64,000 nucleotides of DNA. It comes from Toensbergia leucococca. Its lineage: Eukaryota. Where the stretch lies: positions 1 to 64,000 of the forward strand of contig JALDZS010000042.1 in NCBI GenBank assembly GCA_022813965.1. The letters run 5' to 3'. This document shows positions 1-12,000 of this stretch, one piece after another. The translations under genes and the position numbers were made by a program. Within the stretch, counting starts at the first letter, position 1. Each line of letters opens with the position of its first letter. The notes under the pieces are model-generated. The model was not told where the DNA came from. It did not search any database and saw only the letters and a list, made by a program, of their open reading frames with translations.

Positions 1-1499
1 AGATTAATTAAACTCTGAACTCTAAAGCAACAGATTATCTATATTATTAATGTCATCTGTTTTTATTTTAAAAGAACATTTATCAGTTTATAAAACTGAC
101 TAATAAAAAGATTATTTTTACTACTGAAATAAAAAATATTAAACTATTACTAATAATAAAAGAAACAGTCATTAAATTGAGACTTCGTGACATTCTCTAT
201 TTATTAAGCTTAAAAGATAACCTCATTAGCACAGCATAATTTGCAAAGAATTGAATAAAACTCTGATTACGTATAAAGAAATACTTAAGTCAGATACTTC
301 TGATTGATAACACTCTAAGATACACAGATCTGATCAATAATCAGTATGTTCTTTAAATTACTTTAAACACTCTAAATATTAATGTTAATGCTGTCATTAC
401 ATTTAATAAGAAAATCTGACATCAATGACTCAGTCACTTAAAATATTAAAACTTAAAGATCTTGTTAAATCATGTCACTAAAAGTATACTATATGAGTTT
501 ATTTTAGATAAGAAGTGTGATAACTATATGCTAAAATAACAACAAAGGTTAGTGTCTTATCTATCTGTGAGAAGAGTTATAAAATTTCTAAAACTTATAC
601 ATGTGAATCTTACAGACTTATTTTCTAAAGACATTAATAAAAATCACTATTAAATGTTCTTACTTAACAATAAGAGTTATCTTTAGTGACTTATTCTTTT
701 AAAACTAAAGGGTGACACTTTTAATAAGTTTATTAAGTAAAAATTAATAATTAAAAAACATTCTGAATGTGAGGTACTGAGAATACAATCAAACAATAAA
801 AGTAAGTTTACTAACAGTAAGTTTAATCAATTTTTCTCAGATAAAGGTCTTCATTTAAAAAGAACATTATCTTATAGCTCTAAACAAAATAAAAAGACTG
901 AAAGAAATAACTATACTCTGATCTTTCTAACTAAATTGATTCTAAATGAGAAGCATCTTTTTAAATATCTGTAAGGGTCAATCATGATAACTGTAGTTTA
1001 CCTTTAAAACTAATCATCTATTAATACTTTGAATAATAATATTACTTTATATAAATCTGTCAATAATCAGAAGTTGAATCTATCTTATCTATAAGTATTA
1101 GAATGTAGAGCTTGAGTGCACATTTTAAAGAAAAAAAGAATTAAGTTAGATACTTACTTCTGATAAGGTATTCTGATAGAATATAAGTTAAGCACTCAGT
1201 ATTAAATCTATGACTTAAGAAGAAAAATTATTATTATTATAAGAGATGTTAGTTTTAATAAGAGTCATACTTATAGCAAGTGAGCAAAAGATCTAAGCAT
1301 AAATAGTGAAGATAATTAGATCTTTCTGCTTTTATATAAATCAGATTCTGACTCTAAATTATTATTAAACAAATAAATCAGTGAGAGACTTCTTTGACTC
1401 TAATTTTATTAAATATCAGAAAGTCAAAAAGAATAGAGATTTTAGTGATCATACTAATTAAAATCATCATAATTTTAATTTTATTGAATATTAGAAAGT
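1..1499 (+). mobile_element. Ty1/copia retrotransposon remnant (protease, GAG-pre-integrase, integrase), truncated by an LTR insertion
   Basis: Degenerate motifs in copia order: *TLNSKATDY (WTLDSGATDH) ~9-40; LRDILYLLSLKDNLIS ~183-230; I*HQ*LSHL (IWHQRLGHL) ~415-441; LIHVNL ~594; IQSNNKSKF (IRSDNGGEF) ~783-810; KQNKKTERNN (EQNGKAERxN) ~880-910; VLECRA*VHI ~1095. Confidence 0.9.
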
Positions 1500-1717
1500 T
1501 GTCAGAATTAGGCTTAGAATCTAGTTATAAGGGTACTATTGATAAGGAGACTAAGACTAAAGAAGAAAAGTATCTAAGTAATAAGGTATTTAACATACAA
1601 ATACACCCAGATGACAGCGCTAGGCTTAATGTAACCTAGTCATATGTCAATGCTTTAGATGCATGTTAATGCCCTTAGATCAGTGTTAAGACTTAGTGAG
1701 TTAGCTTGATCATAACA
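1500..1717 (-). repeat. LTR (TG...CA, 218 bp); 3' LTR of a minus-strand element
   Basis: Starts tgtcagaatt and ends gatcataaca, followed by a reverse-complement polypurine tract (ttactctccctt). The first ~43 nt align with the LTR at 3441 almost entirely by transitions. Confidence 0.8.
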
Positions 1718-2960
1718 TTACTCTCCCTTATAACTAAACAATGCCTTTATTGCTTGTAAGACCTTAATATGCTTTTAGCTCTACTTCATCCTTCTTGCCT
1801 ATCATTTATTATAAGCCTTTACTCTCAGAGTTATTATTCTCTAAGTTCTTATTCTCTGAGTTCTTATTTTAGCTCTTTGCCTTAGAACTTGCTTAATAAG
1901 ATATCTGAGAAGCAAGGTAGATAACTGTTAAATAAATAATGAGGTATCTGACTGATAATAAATGAGATATAAAGAATTCTGAGTGTTGAAGATTTATCTC
2001 ATTTTGTCTGTGATTCAATTATTATTCTCTGTAAGAGGTAGTTACTTTGCATAGCTCTGAATTTGATGATTTTGCATGCTAGAAATTGACTGAGAATCTA
2101 TCTGACTTTAGTATATTGATTAGTCACAAATCACTAAAGAATCATGCAATTCAGTGAGTCATTTAATTCTTTTATCTCTGTGCAGTTTAGAAGCTTAGAA
2201 TTAAAACTGATAAATTCATGAAATATTCAATTTTAGTGTCAGGGATTTATTTAATTTTGTATGTCATTTCAGTATGTTACTTCCTCTTTTAAATAAGTAA
2301 TAACTCTATTACTGAAGACCTTAGCATGCTTCTAGCCTTGATTCTGACATTAATTCATCCTTTTATTATCTAAAGCCTTATCTTTTCAGTTTTATTCTCT
2401 AAGCCTTTGTTCTTTGAGTTGTAGTTCTGTTTCTAACTCTTTCTCTTAGCTCTTGACTAACAAGGTATCTAATGAGTAAGGTAAGTAATAAATAAAAGAT
2501 AAGATATAATACTAAAACTGATAAAGAATAAGACATGTGATTAAAGGAGAATTCTAAGTGTCAAAGATTTATCTTAAAATCTGCTTAATTTTTTGTGCTT
2601 TCAAATTGCATGATTTTGCCTGCATGTTAATTACTAAGAAATCATGTCATTTTTTATATCAAAGCCTTGCCCTACTTTCAGGCTATTCAGAGGCAATGCA
2701 GGAGCTCAAAATTCTACTCAAAAATTATGCTTTTTATGATCAGAGACTTCTTAAATTTAGTAGGTAGACTTATCACAATATCTTTAGCAGTAGCTCTGAA
2801 TCACATGCTTTTGCCTAAATCACTAAAGAATCATGCAATCTAAAAGACAATTTAGAGATTTTATCTCTATGCAATTTAAGGGTTCAAAATCATGACTTAT
2901 AAATCCTTAAAGTATTTAATTTGAGTGTCAGGAATTTATTTAATTTTGTATGCAATTTTA
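1718..2960. repeat. Tandem duplication of the PPT-adjacent internal region of the LTR element (units ~1718-2276 and ~2277-2960)
   Basis: Shared blocks: aagaccttaatatgcttttag vs aagaccttagcatgcttctag; aatcactaaagaatcatgcaat at ~2129 and ~2818; agtgtcagg(g/a)atttatttaattttgtatg at ~2235 and ~2925. Confidence 0.8.
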
Positions 2961-3057
2961 TTACTTTATCTCTTTCTAAGCTCATGCTCTTATACTTACA
3001 GCTCACTGACTATACTTTATAGTCCCTCTCTAAACCCTATTAAAATAAGAGTTACTG

Positions 3058-3125
3058 AAGGAGGTAAAGAATTAAAAGTCAAAGGAGGTAAAGAATTAAA
3101 AGTCATAAAAGGTAAAGAATCAAAA
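3058..3125. repeat. 24-bp tandem repeat (two perfect copies plus a partial copy)
   Basis: aaggaggtaaagaattaaaagtca at 3058 and 3082, followed by a degenerate third copy. Confidence 0.85.
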
Positions 3126-3440
3126 ATGTTTATTGATGACTCATAAGAAAGAGGTTAAATTATGCTTGTCACATTATTATAGCAGACTCACTATTTATGT
3201 TAATGCTTATTCTTTTTGTTTAGTTTTCTTGCTTGCTCTGCTGTTATTAACCTATTATGCATTATTTAATTCTGACTTTATAATCTTTTTAAGGGTGACA
3301 GAGATTTAAGTATATCTAATTTTAGTTTTATGAGCTTCTTAAGAGTAACAGAGACCTCTTTAAATATATCTAATTTCAACTCACCTTCTTGAGTTAAAAG
3401 AGTGTCTTAAAGAATTAATATATGTAGAATTGAGAGTGAG

Positions 3441-3656
3441 TGTTACAGTCAGATCTAGAGTCTAGTTATAGAGATACTATTAAATAAAACATTAAAGGTA
3501 AAGATCTAAAAGTACAGAAGAGAAACACTATATAAGTATTTAACAGAGTGTCATCAAGTAACAGTTATAACATTTAACAACTTTGAATGTTAACTTCTAA
3601 CTTCTTTGTTAACCTTGATCTGTGTGTAAGCTAGAATACTAGAGTAAATCATAATA
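3441..3656 (-). repeat. LTR (216 bp); 3' LTR of the gypsy element below
   Basis: tgttacagtc...aatcataata (CA mutated to TA), followed by PPT complement ttatcccctctt. Same family as the LTR at 1500-1717. Confidence 0.8.
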
Positions 3657-6600
3657 TTATCCCCTCTTACAAATAAGCAATGCCCTTATTGCTTATGAAG
3701 AATAAAAGAAAAGAAATAAAAATATAAAAAGAAAACGCTTTTGTTGTGCTGAAAAAATCATCATGTCTCTGTCTGTGCTGTATTAAAAGTTGCAGATTTG
3801 TATAAGAAAATTGACGTGTGCATACAAAAATGTGCTTTCTAAAAATTTTTCCTGCAGTTCAGTGTGTGTGAGCGCCTGACAGTCTAACAGATACTCAGTA
3901 AGTATATAAAAGAGAGCAATTTATCTGTTTATCTTAATATCTGCTGACTTAGCTTGCAGAGATGAGCATCAGAGCTATCAGTCAACTTTCTAACTAAAAT
4001 CTCAGAGCACTTCTCTTAAGACACTTAATGATAATAGACTAAAGTCTCAGATCAGTTTGATTAAAGTCTTTAATAAGAACTTAACTGCGCTGCTTAATCA
4101 AGCTTTAAATAAGCTTCATATGACTTCTAGATATCAAAGAGCTGTTCTTAACAATGATGCAGGTGAGATTTAGACTTGTCTAAGTACTGAGTGTGAAATG
4201 CATCAATAAGCTCTTAAGAGTGCTTAAACTTATTGTTATTAGCATTGTATCAGATGTTATCTTAAAGATAATTATGTCATTTAACTCTGTATTAAAGGCA
4301 GTAATTAATACTAATACAGTAAGAGTCTATAATCTTATTTATTACTTATTTATTCTAATCATTAACTATTATTAACTTGAGAGAAGCATTAATCTGCTCA
4401 GAAAGAGAGACTGTGACAGCAGTCTAAAGATGCATGATATGAAATACTAAGTGTATTTTCATAAAAGCTGAGAGTTTTAGCTGATAAATAATCTCAATCT
4501 TCTGCAGAATCTTATACAGATCTATATTCTTGTCATCAAGTTTGAGATATAGTCTCTTAATCTTGATGTTGTGACAGTCAAGAAATACTTTCTAACTTAC
4601 CTCATAGATAACATCTTGGTAATGATGATTAATGTTGTTAATCATAATAGTCTGAGCTTATTCAAGCTGTTTTTTTATGCATGTTAGGCCTTCTTTTATA
4701 GTTTTAGTGATGTCTTCTGCTCAGTGAGCAAAAAGACACTTTTAAGTACTTTTATAATTGAAAATATCTGAGCTAAAACTCATTCAAAGGTAAAAGCCTT
4801 TATTGACAACAAAGGGAAATATTTTAATAGCAAAGAGAACATTATTATTGTTTATGAATTCTCTTATAAGCAAGTGCTTGACTTAGTCATTCTAATAATA
4901 GTTACAATAGAGCTAAAGGTAAGACTTTATATCTTGATTCATGCACTCAGATTGCTCATCAGTCTGTGAGTGAAAGATAATGCTCAGATTAATGTTAATG
5001 AATAGATGCTTGCATAAGGTCTTTTACATAATGAACACAAACTAAGACTCACAGTCTGAAACAATGGAGGCTGACAGCTTATGCAGTTAAAAGATATTCT
5101 AAATAATCATCTTTACAGTTCACTTTACAGAGATATTATTATTATTGATAGAGCAGAGTATATAATAACGTTCCTTGCTAAGTCAGTTAATAATAATAAG
5201 AATAACATTCTTATCTTCAGACTTTAGAAGGTCAGTGATAAAATTCATGACAACATTCTCTTAGTGTTTAGTAAGAATAAATAATGACTGCAATAGTCTG
5301 TTGAGTTTCTCTTTAAAAATCTTTACTTAACAGCAATCATAACAGTTTTAGCAGTAATGTTTAACTGAGGCTCACAGTCTGAGTCAGAAATAATATCATT
5401 GTAAAAGGGCTTTAGTGCAGATAATATCTGAGTAATTACTGACTGAAGAGTTATAAACCTTTTGAAAAATCTTAAGTTATAGTTAATTATCTGCTGAAAC
5501 TCATAACTTATCTTTGCAGTAAAGAACATCAATCTTTAGAGAACATGCTTACAGACTGATATTCTTATAGTAAGCCTTATCTTTAGTTTAGACTCTTTTA
5601 GCTGTTAGACACTTTAAGTCAGTCTTGTTAACCTCTGCAGCTTATTCAAACAGAGAGAATGAGAGATCTTTAAGATCATTCTTCAGATCAGTCTTTAAAG
5701 CATAATTCTCTGTAAGATTATCTGTAGCACTCAGAATATTTTCTTCTTTTAAGTTAATAAGTTTAGAAGTAATAAGAGTTTGCTTCATTAAAGAAGTCTT
5801 TAAGTAATCATTTATTAATAGAGTCTGATGTTAATGCATCTTCTGAGAATTATTATTATTTAGAGATAAAGAGTTGAGCAGTCTACTTAGAGTATCTGTC
5901 TTTGCATTTTGCAAGCCTGTTTAATACTAAATTTTAGAGTTAAACTTGAAGAGCTTTTTAACTCAATGAGCCTGCCTTTAGATCAGTTCTTTACTTTTTA
6001 TAAAGTAGATTAAAGCTTTATAATTAGTAAAGATCTTAATGAAGATTTTAGTGCTCTTTAAATCTAATCATTAGTTTTTAAGACAATGAATGATTGTCAG
6101 TAACTTCTTGTTATAGATCTTATAATTGCATTCTGCAGATATAAGATTCTTATCAAAGAAAGTTACTGAGTGCAGCAGATCATCATCTTTATACTGAGAT
6201 AAGATGCCTTTGCTGATGTCCTCTGAGAAATCACATTTCAGAATAACTGCCTTAGTACAATCAAAATGTGTTTTGTACTGATGATTTCATCACAGTTTTT
6301 TTAAAAAGTTTAAAGGCTTTCTGAAAGACATCTATTTAGTCAAACTGTTTATTCTTGTCACTCAGCTAAGTTAGTGAGTGAGTAATTTTATTAAAGTTCT
6401 TTATAAATTGCTGAAAGAAGTTACAGAAGTTAATAAAAGACTGTATCTTCTTGAGAGACTGAGGGGTATTTTAATTAGTTATTACCTCAATCTTCTGAGA
6501 GTTCATTCTTAGCTTATTAATGAAAATCAGCAAATTTAGAAAGATAGTCTCTGTAATAAAGAACTTACTCTTTTTGATGTTAATTTGCAGATCAGCAGCC

Positions 6601-7110
6601 TGAAGCTTCTCAAGAACATTTTTAACATGCTTTATATATTCTTATCAGATCTTGCTGTAAATAAGAATATCATTCAAATATGCCTAAACATAGTCATTAA
6701 GACATTTAAAGAGAGTGTTATTGATATAATGCTGAAATGATGCTGATTCATCGATTAAATTAAAAGAAAAAACATAATACTTATAGACTCTCATAGGTAT
6801 GCAGAAGGTAGTTAATTTCTCACTGTCTGAGTGCATTTACAGCTTGTTGAAGGCTGCAATAATGTCAAACTTAGTGATAAACTTGCAACCTGTTCAAGTC
6901 AAAGTCTTATTAATTAATAATAAAAAATACTGATCTCAATAAATAAGAGCATTTAGATATCAGTAATTCACACAGAAGTGTAGACTGTTATTTAGTTTAA
7001 CTACAAACAGAATAAGAAATGCAAAGAATGCCTTACTCAAAATAATAAACCCCTTGTTTAAGTTTTTAAATAAGTACTCTTTTACCTTCTAAAGTTTCTC
7101 TCTAAATATA
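3441..7110 (-). mobile_element. Ty3/gypsy chromovirus remnant (RT, RNase H, integrase, chromodomain, 3' LTR)
   Basis: Minus strand: KGFII..LRFCVDY-like RT start ~7100-6960; AYLNDILIYS (YLDDILIYS) ~6685-6655; AECNYKIYNKKLLTII (RNase H) ~6140-6090; KIHLVFH then a chromodomain (IIDSY...L*YRVK*HNY...DNI*Y...LIDAFH) ~4460-4190. Confidence 0.93.
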
Positions 7111-7111
7111 A

Positions 7112-9022
7112 CAGCCCAAGGAACGTGGCTAACATCAATATTGAAAAATCACCTATACAACTCAAGCTCTTCAGCATCTGAAAGCCCTCATCATTTTGAT
7201 CAGAACTCTACCTATCAATACTCTATCACAGCTGTGGTGGTGGTGCAGCAGAAGGGTCCAAAAAGTTGATTTTTTACAACCTACAGCATTCACTTGTTGA
7301 CCAGCTAAAAAAGTTCTACCAAGCTACTAGCCTGAGCTACCTACGTCACAGCAGTCAATATCAGCAGAAATAACTGAGATCCCATCAGTATTGGTGGTGC
7401 TACACCCATTCCCAATTCCTGGCACCCCATCGCGTCTGCTTATTGTTTTGTATTGAAAAACACGCGATTTGTGTATTATTCACTTTCTGAAGTGATAGGA
7501 CCCTGGATACATTACAAGCCCCTAAAGATTACGCCTCCCAGAACTTTGCAGTCATCACTACTCAAGTACCTAACGCGCGAAACCAAATCCAAAGCAGCGA
7601 AATTGTGCGCCTTAACGAGCTCTTTTCGAATCTTTAAGAATTTTGAAAATCCGTCAAGGAACAAAAGAGTTATTGATAAAAACCTGTTGCCATAGGGTCA
7701 ATTTTTGACGTTCCTTGCCAAGCCACTAGCCAGAACCTATCCTCAACGTCACCTCATCCACCTCATTCACTAAAAACGTCAAGTTTAAAGTTCCTTGCCA
7801 AGACACACTAGTCAGACTCATTCTCAACGTTACCCCATCCACCAAATATTAATTGCAACAACACCCCTCAGTGTAACGACATCTTTGATAATATTTAAAA
7901 GAAGCCAAATTGTGCACCTTGACGAACTCTTTCTGAATCTTTAAGAATTTTGAAAATCCGTTAAGGAACAACAGAGTTATTGCTAAAAACGTCGCCACCA
8001 GGCAAAAATCTAACCATCCTGACCCTTTGCTCCACCAGATCTACTTATACCCTTTGAGCAAGGCAACCACAAGACTTGACAGCTATCCCTCTGACCCGCC
8101 TGTTAGTCTGATAGAGAACTCACTGATATAAAAGATTCAGAAAAAATGGTCAAGAACACTCAAACGCTAGCCCTCTGTCTATCTAAAATTTAAGTTCTAC
8201 CTTTACCAAATTTACTTATACCCTTTGAGCTGGACGACCACAACAGCTAAGACTTATCTCTCTGGCTTGCTCCTCAGTTTAATAAAGAACTCCCTGATAT
8301 AAAAGATTTAGAAAAATCAGCCAACAAATACTTAAATACTACCCCTAGATCTTACTCCTCTCAATAACAAAATTAACTTTATTAGACAACAACATAACAA
8401 TCACTCTTTTATACAAGTAGAGACTTGATAGGGCCCATTATCTGCCTATCAAGCAGTGATAGCTGAGCTCTCTGGGTAAATCAATTTACAGACACAATTG
8501 TCAGCTTAGATTCTTACCTTACTATACACCAAACATCTCACCTTACAACAACAACCATCAACTACTAACTCTCTTTTGTCTACCTGCTTTATTATATTAA
8601 GTGTACTATTATTGTATCTTATTATAATTAGTTGCTTGTAGATCAGACATAAGCCTTAGGCTAGAGTTATCTCAATCTTTTGCGTAGCATTTTCTTTTTA
8701 GAAGACCAGGACCAGGATTTTCTATTACTGTTCTCTCCCAGCCAAGTGCCAGCGGAATTGATTAAGCTCTCAGTCTAGAAGACCTGTTAGGGGTAATTCT
8801 TAAAGACCTAGAGGTTGGGGGTGAGTAGACAGCTAAAGAGACATCTATTGTTGTCACTTGATTTTACTGGTAAAAAGCCTAAGATAAAGTTATTAAGGAA
8901 ACGCTTTGTCTTAGGTAAACAGAGATATATACTGTAGTTATAGACTTGAACAGAACATCTAGAACCTCAGAAACATTTAATTCATAGAGGTTTCTAGCTT
9001 AAATTAAGTAAATACTGCTAGC
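7112..9022. repeat. Non-coding, repeat-rich leader upstream of LINE ORF1 (long 5' UTR or a separate element)
   Basis: Three direct-repeat pairs: ~7600-7683/~7907-7990; ~7710-7762/~7790-7843; ~8043-8177/~8213-8345. Retains more CpG than its flanks. Confidence 0.7.
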
Positions 9023-12000
9023 ATGCCTCAAGATACTAAACCAAGACCAGGACCAGGACTAGGACCAGACCTCTCTTACTTTATTACCTCCTCTATTACC
9101 TCTTCATTCATTAAATCAACATCATCATCAGAAGATAACACAGAGATGCATGATATCTTTAAAACTCTCACTCCTACACCAAAAGCATTATGCAAAATTC
9201 TTCTCTCAATAGCAAAACTTGCAGACTAACTTCATACAGCAGCAGCAGCTATTGTTACAAGTTAGAACAATCCTATCATCAATGAACCTTTACCAAGTCT
9301 ATGGACAAAAGCTAAAACTCTTGTACTAGATAACTCACCTGGACTTCAATTCAACAAAGTCCTCTCTATCAACACAGAAGCTACACAGGAACCTTCTAAG
9401 AGCAAGCAGACTAGAATGCTAAAGAAGAGAAGACCTGCAGAGAGTCTACCTGATTCACCTACTCATCAACCTGTTAACTTTCTGAACAAAAATCTAACAG
9501 ATGCTAGAGCGTCTTCACATTAGGCCTACCTCAAGCTATCAGATCATGAGCATGAGGACATAGCAGATGCTATACTATCCATAGATATTGTATGACAAAA
9601 GCTCTGTCTACCTTCCCTTAGCAAGGCAAATGAACCCTGGGCCAGACATAGATTTCAAGGAAAAAAGATGACCACCTCCTTTAAAGTCAACCAACCTCAA
9701 GCTGAACCTTAACCTCAACCTTAACCTCAAGGGACTACACAGACTGAACTAGGTGCTTTTAAAGAAGAGGTAAAAGATAAGTTTGACAAAATCCTGAGCC
9801 TGCTAGGTTAAGGATTAGTCTCAAACCCTCAAAAAGGCCCTTTTGGTCAGGCCCCTTTTGTCAACAACTCTTTAGTACCAACTCACCCACCCTCAGCAAT
9901 TTTTTCTACCTTCAATCAAGGCCCTAGCAAGTCTTTTGCCCGGTCAGATCAAGCACAGAAGCCCTGAGAGAAGGAGAAAGCATGAAATGTTATTGCAAGA
10001 GGAAAGAAATCAGGCCCTGCCACAGGTTCAAATTCTATTGCTATAGAACCTAAGGCCCCCCTACCCATTACACAGCAAGATAGACGTGTTCTTATTCAGT
10101 TCAATAGATTAGTAAATAACTACAACCCCATGCAGACTAGAGACAAGGTCAATAACGCCCTAAAAGCAGCAAAAATTAACAATATCATGGTAGCTACAGC
10201 TGTTCTATCACAAAAAGGAGATTATATTGTCTTTACCACAGCATATACATGCACTGCAGATGATTTACTGAAACATAGAGCCATCTGGAAGCCAGAACTA
10301 GGAGGTCAACAGGCTAAAAAAATCAAAAAATAGTACAAATTAATAGCACATGGAGTTCCTACAGAATCTTTCAATACTGAGGGTGGCATGCAACTTCTTA
10401 AAGATAATCTAGAGTTATTTAATCAAGGATTAAAGCTTGTTACCCTACCTCAATGGCTTTCTCAACCCCAGGTGAGACAAAAAAAGAGACACTCCTCAGT
10501 TGTTCTAGCTCTAAAAACCAAGGAAGAGATAACTCAGGCTCTGAGAAAAAGACTTGTGATAGCAGGAATCTCAATTAGAATAGCAGAATATCTTGTCAAC
10601 AAGCTATTAGATCAGTGTGTTAGATGTCAACAGTATAGTCATACAAAACTCCTGCCATAGACCCCCTACCTGTCAGCTATGTGCTGAACCACACAATATT
10701 AGAAATCATCAATGTCTTGTCCTTGAATGCAAAGGAAAACCTATGCCTTGCTCTTATACACAGATAAAATGCAGTAACTGTCAGGAAGATTATCAGGCAA
10801 ATTCTCAAACCTGTGAGATGTACAGAGCTACTCTACTCATTTCTACCTCTGTTATAGAGAAGAATAGAGACAAACTCAGCTATAATTGGTAATGTCTATT
10901 ACATCAATACTTGCTACTACCATGGAATCAGCTCAGGGACCTCACTGTCCTCAAAACAAGTCAAAAATTGAAATTTTACAATACAACTGTGCAAGGTCTA
11001 CAAATGCTATGCAGTCCTGCCTTGATGCAGCTATAGAAAGCGTTAATATTATCTTAGTTTAGGAACCATGGGTCTCTAAGGACTACACTACAACTATCTC
11101 TCATCTATTCTTTACAGCTATTATACCTACAAATATCTTATACAGACCAAGAGTTCTTACTTTTATTGCTAAAGACACCTCAAAAACAAACCTTATATGC
11201 ACACTAAGACCTGATATTACTATAGATTCTTATATACAAGCCCTTTCTATCTCTTCCTCAGGCCTAAGAGAAACTCTTATATTAAATATTTATAATGAGA
11301 AAGATCAAGACCCTGAGGGTACACTATAGACTATAAAGAGATCTCTACAACATATTTAACTTTCTGAGAGGTCTTTAGTGCTAGGAGATTTTAATGCTCA
11401 TCACCCTTGGTGGAACTCTACTTGCACTGCAACAAGATCTGAAACTCTGACTACCTGGCTTGCTAGATATTATTGTAAACTAGTTAACACCCCTGATATA
11501 GATACCTATACTCAGTTCTTAGGACAAACTTTATCTGTTATAGACCTGGCTTTTGCAACTTTATCTCTCTACAGTTCTGTAATAGACTGGCAAATCAATG
11601 AAGATTCACCTACAAGATTAGATCATGAGGTTATATAGTTTTCTCTCTGCACAGATAATATAGAACTTGTTGATAGCCTCTTTGAGGTCCTCTTTAACAT
11701 CAAAAAGGCCAACTAGGAGTCCTTTAAAGAACAACTTCTATTAAATTCTAGTAATAAAAAAGTAGAGATAAAAGCTCTATTATCTTATAAAACAACACAT
11801 ACCATAGAATTAGCTGCTTGTCAACTTAGAGATATTATTCTTGACTTAACAAATACTTCTATACCTAGAAGAAAGCCCTCTTCTCACTCTAAGGTCTAGT
11901 GGACTGAAAATCTTACTAATTTGAGAAAAGAAATAGTTAGAGAAAAATGTCAATGGAAAAAACATAAGACTGATACTCAATAGGCTCAATTTACTACCTT

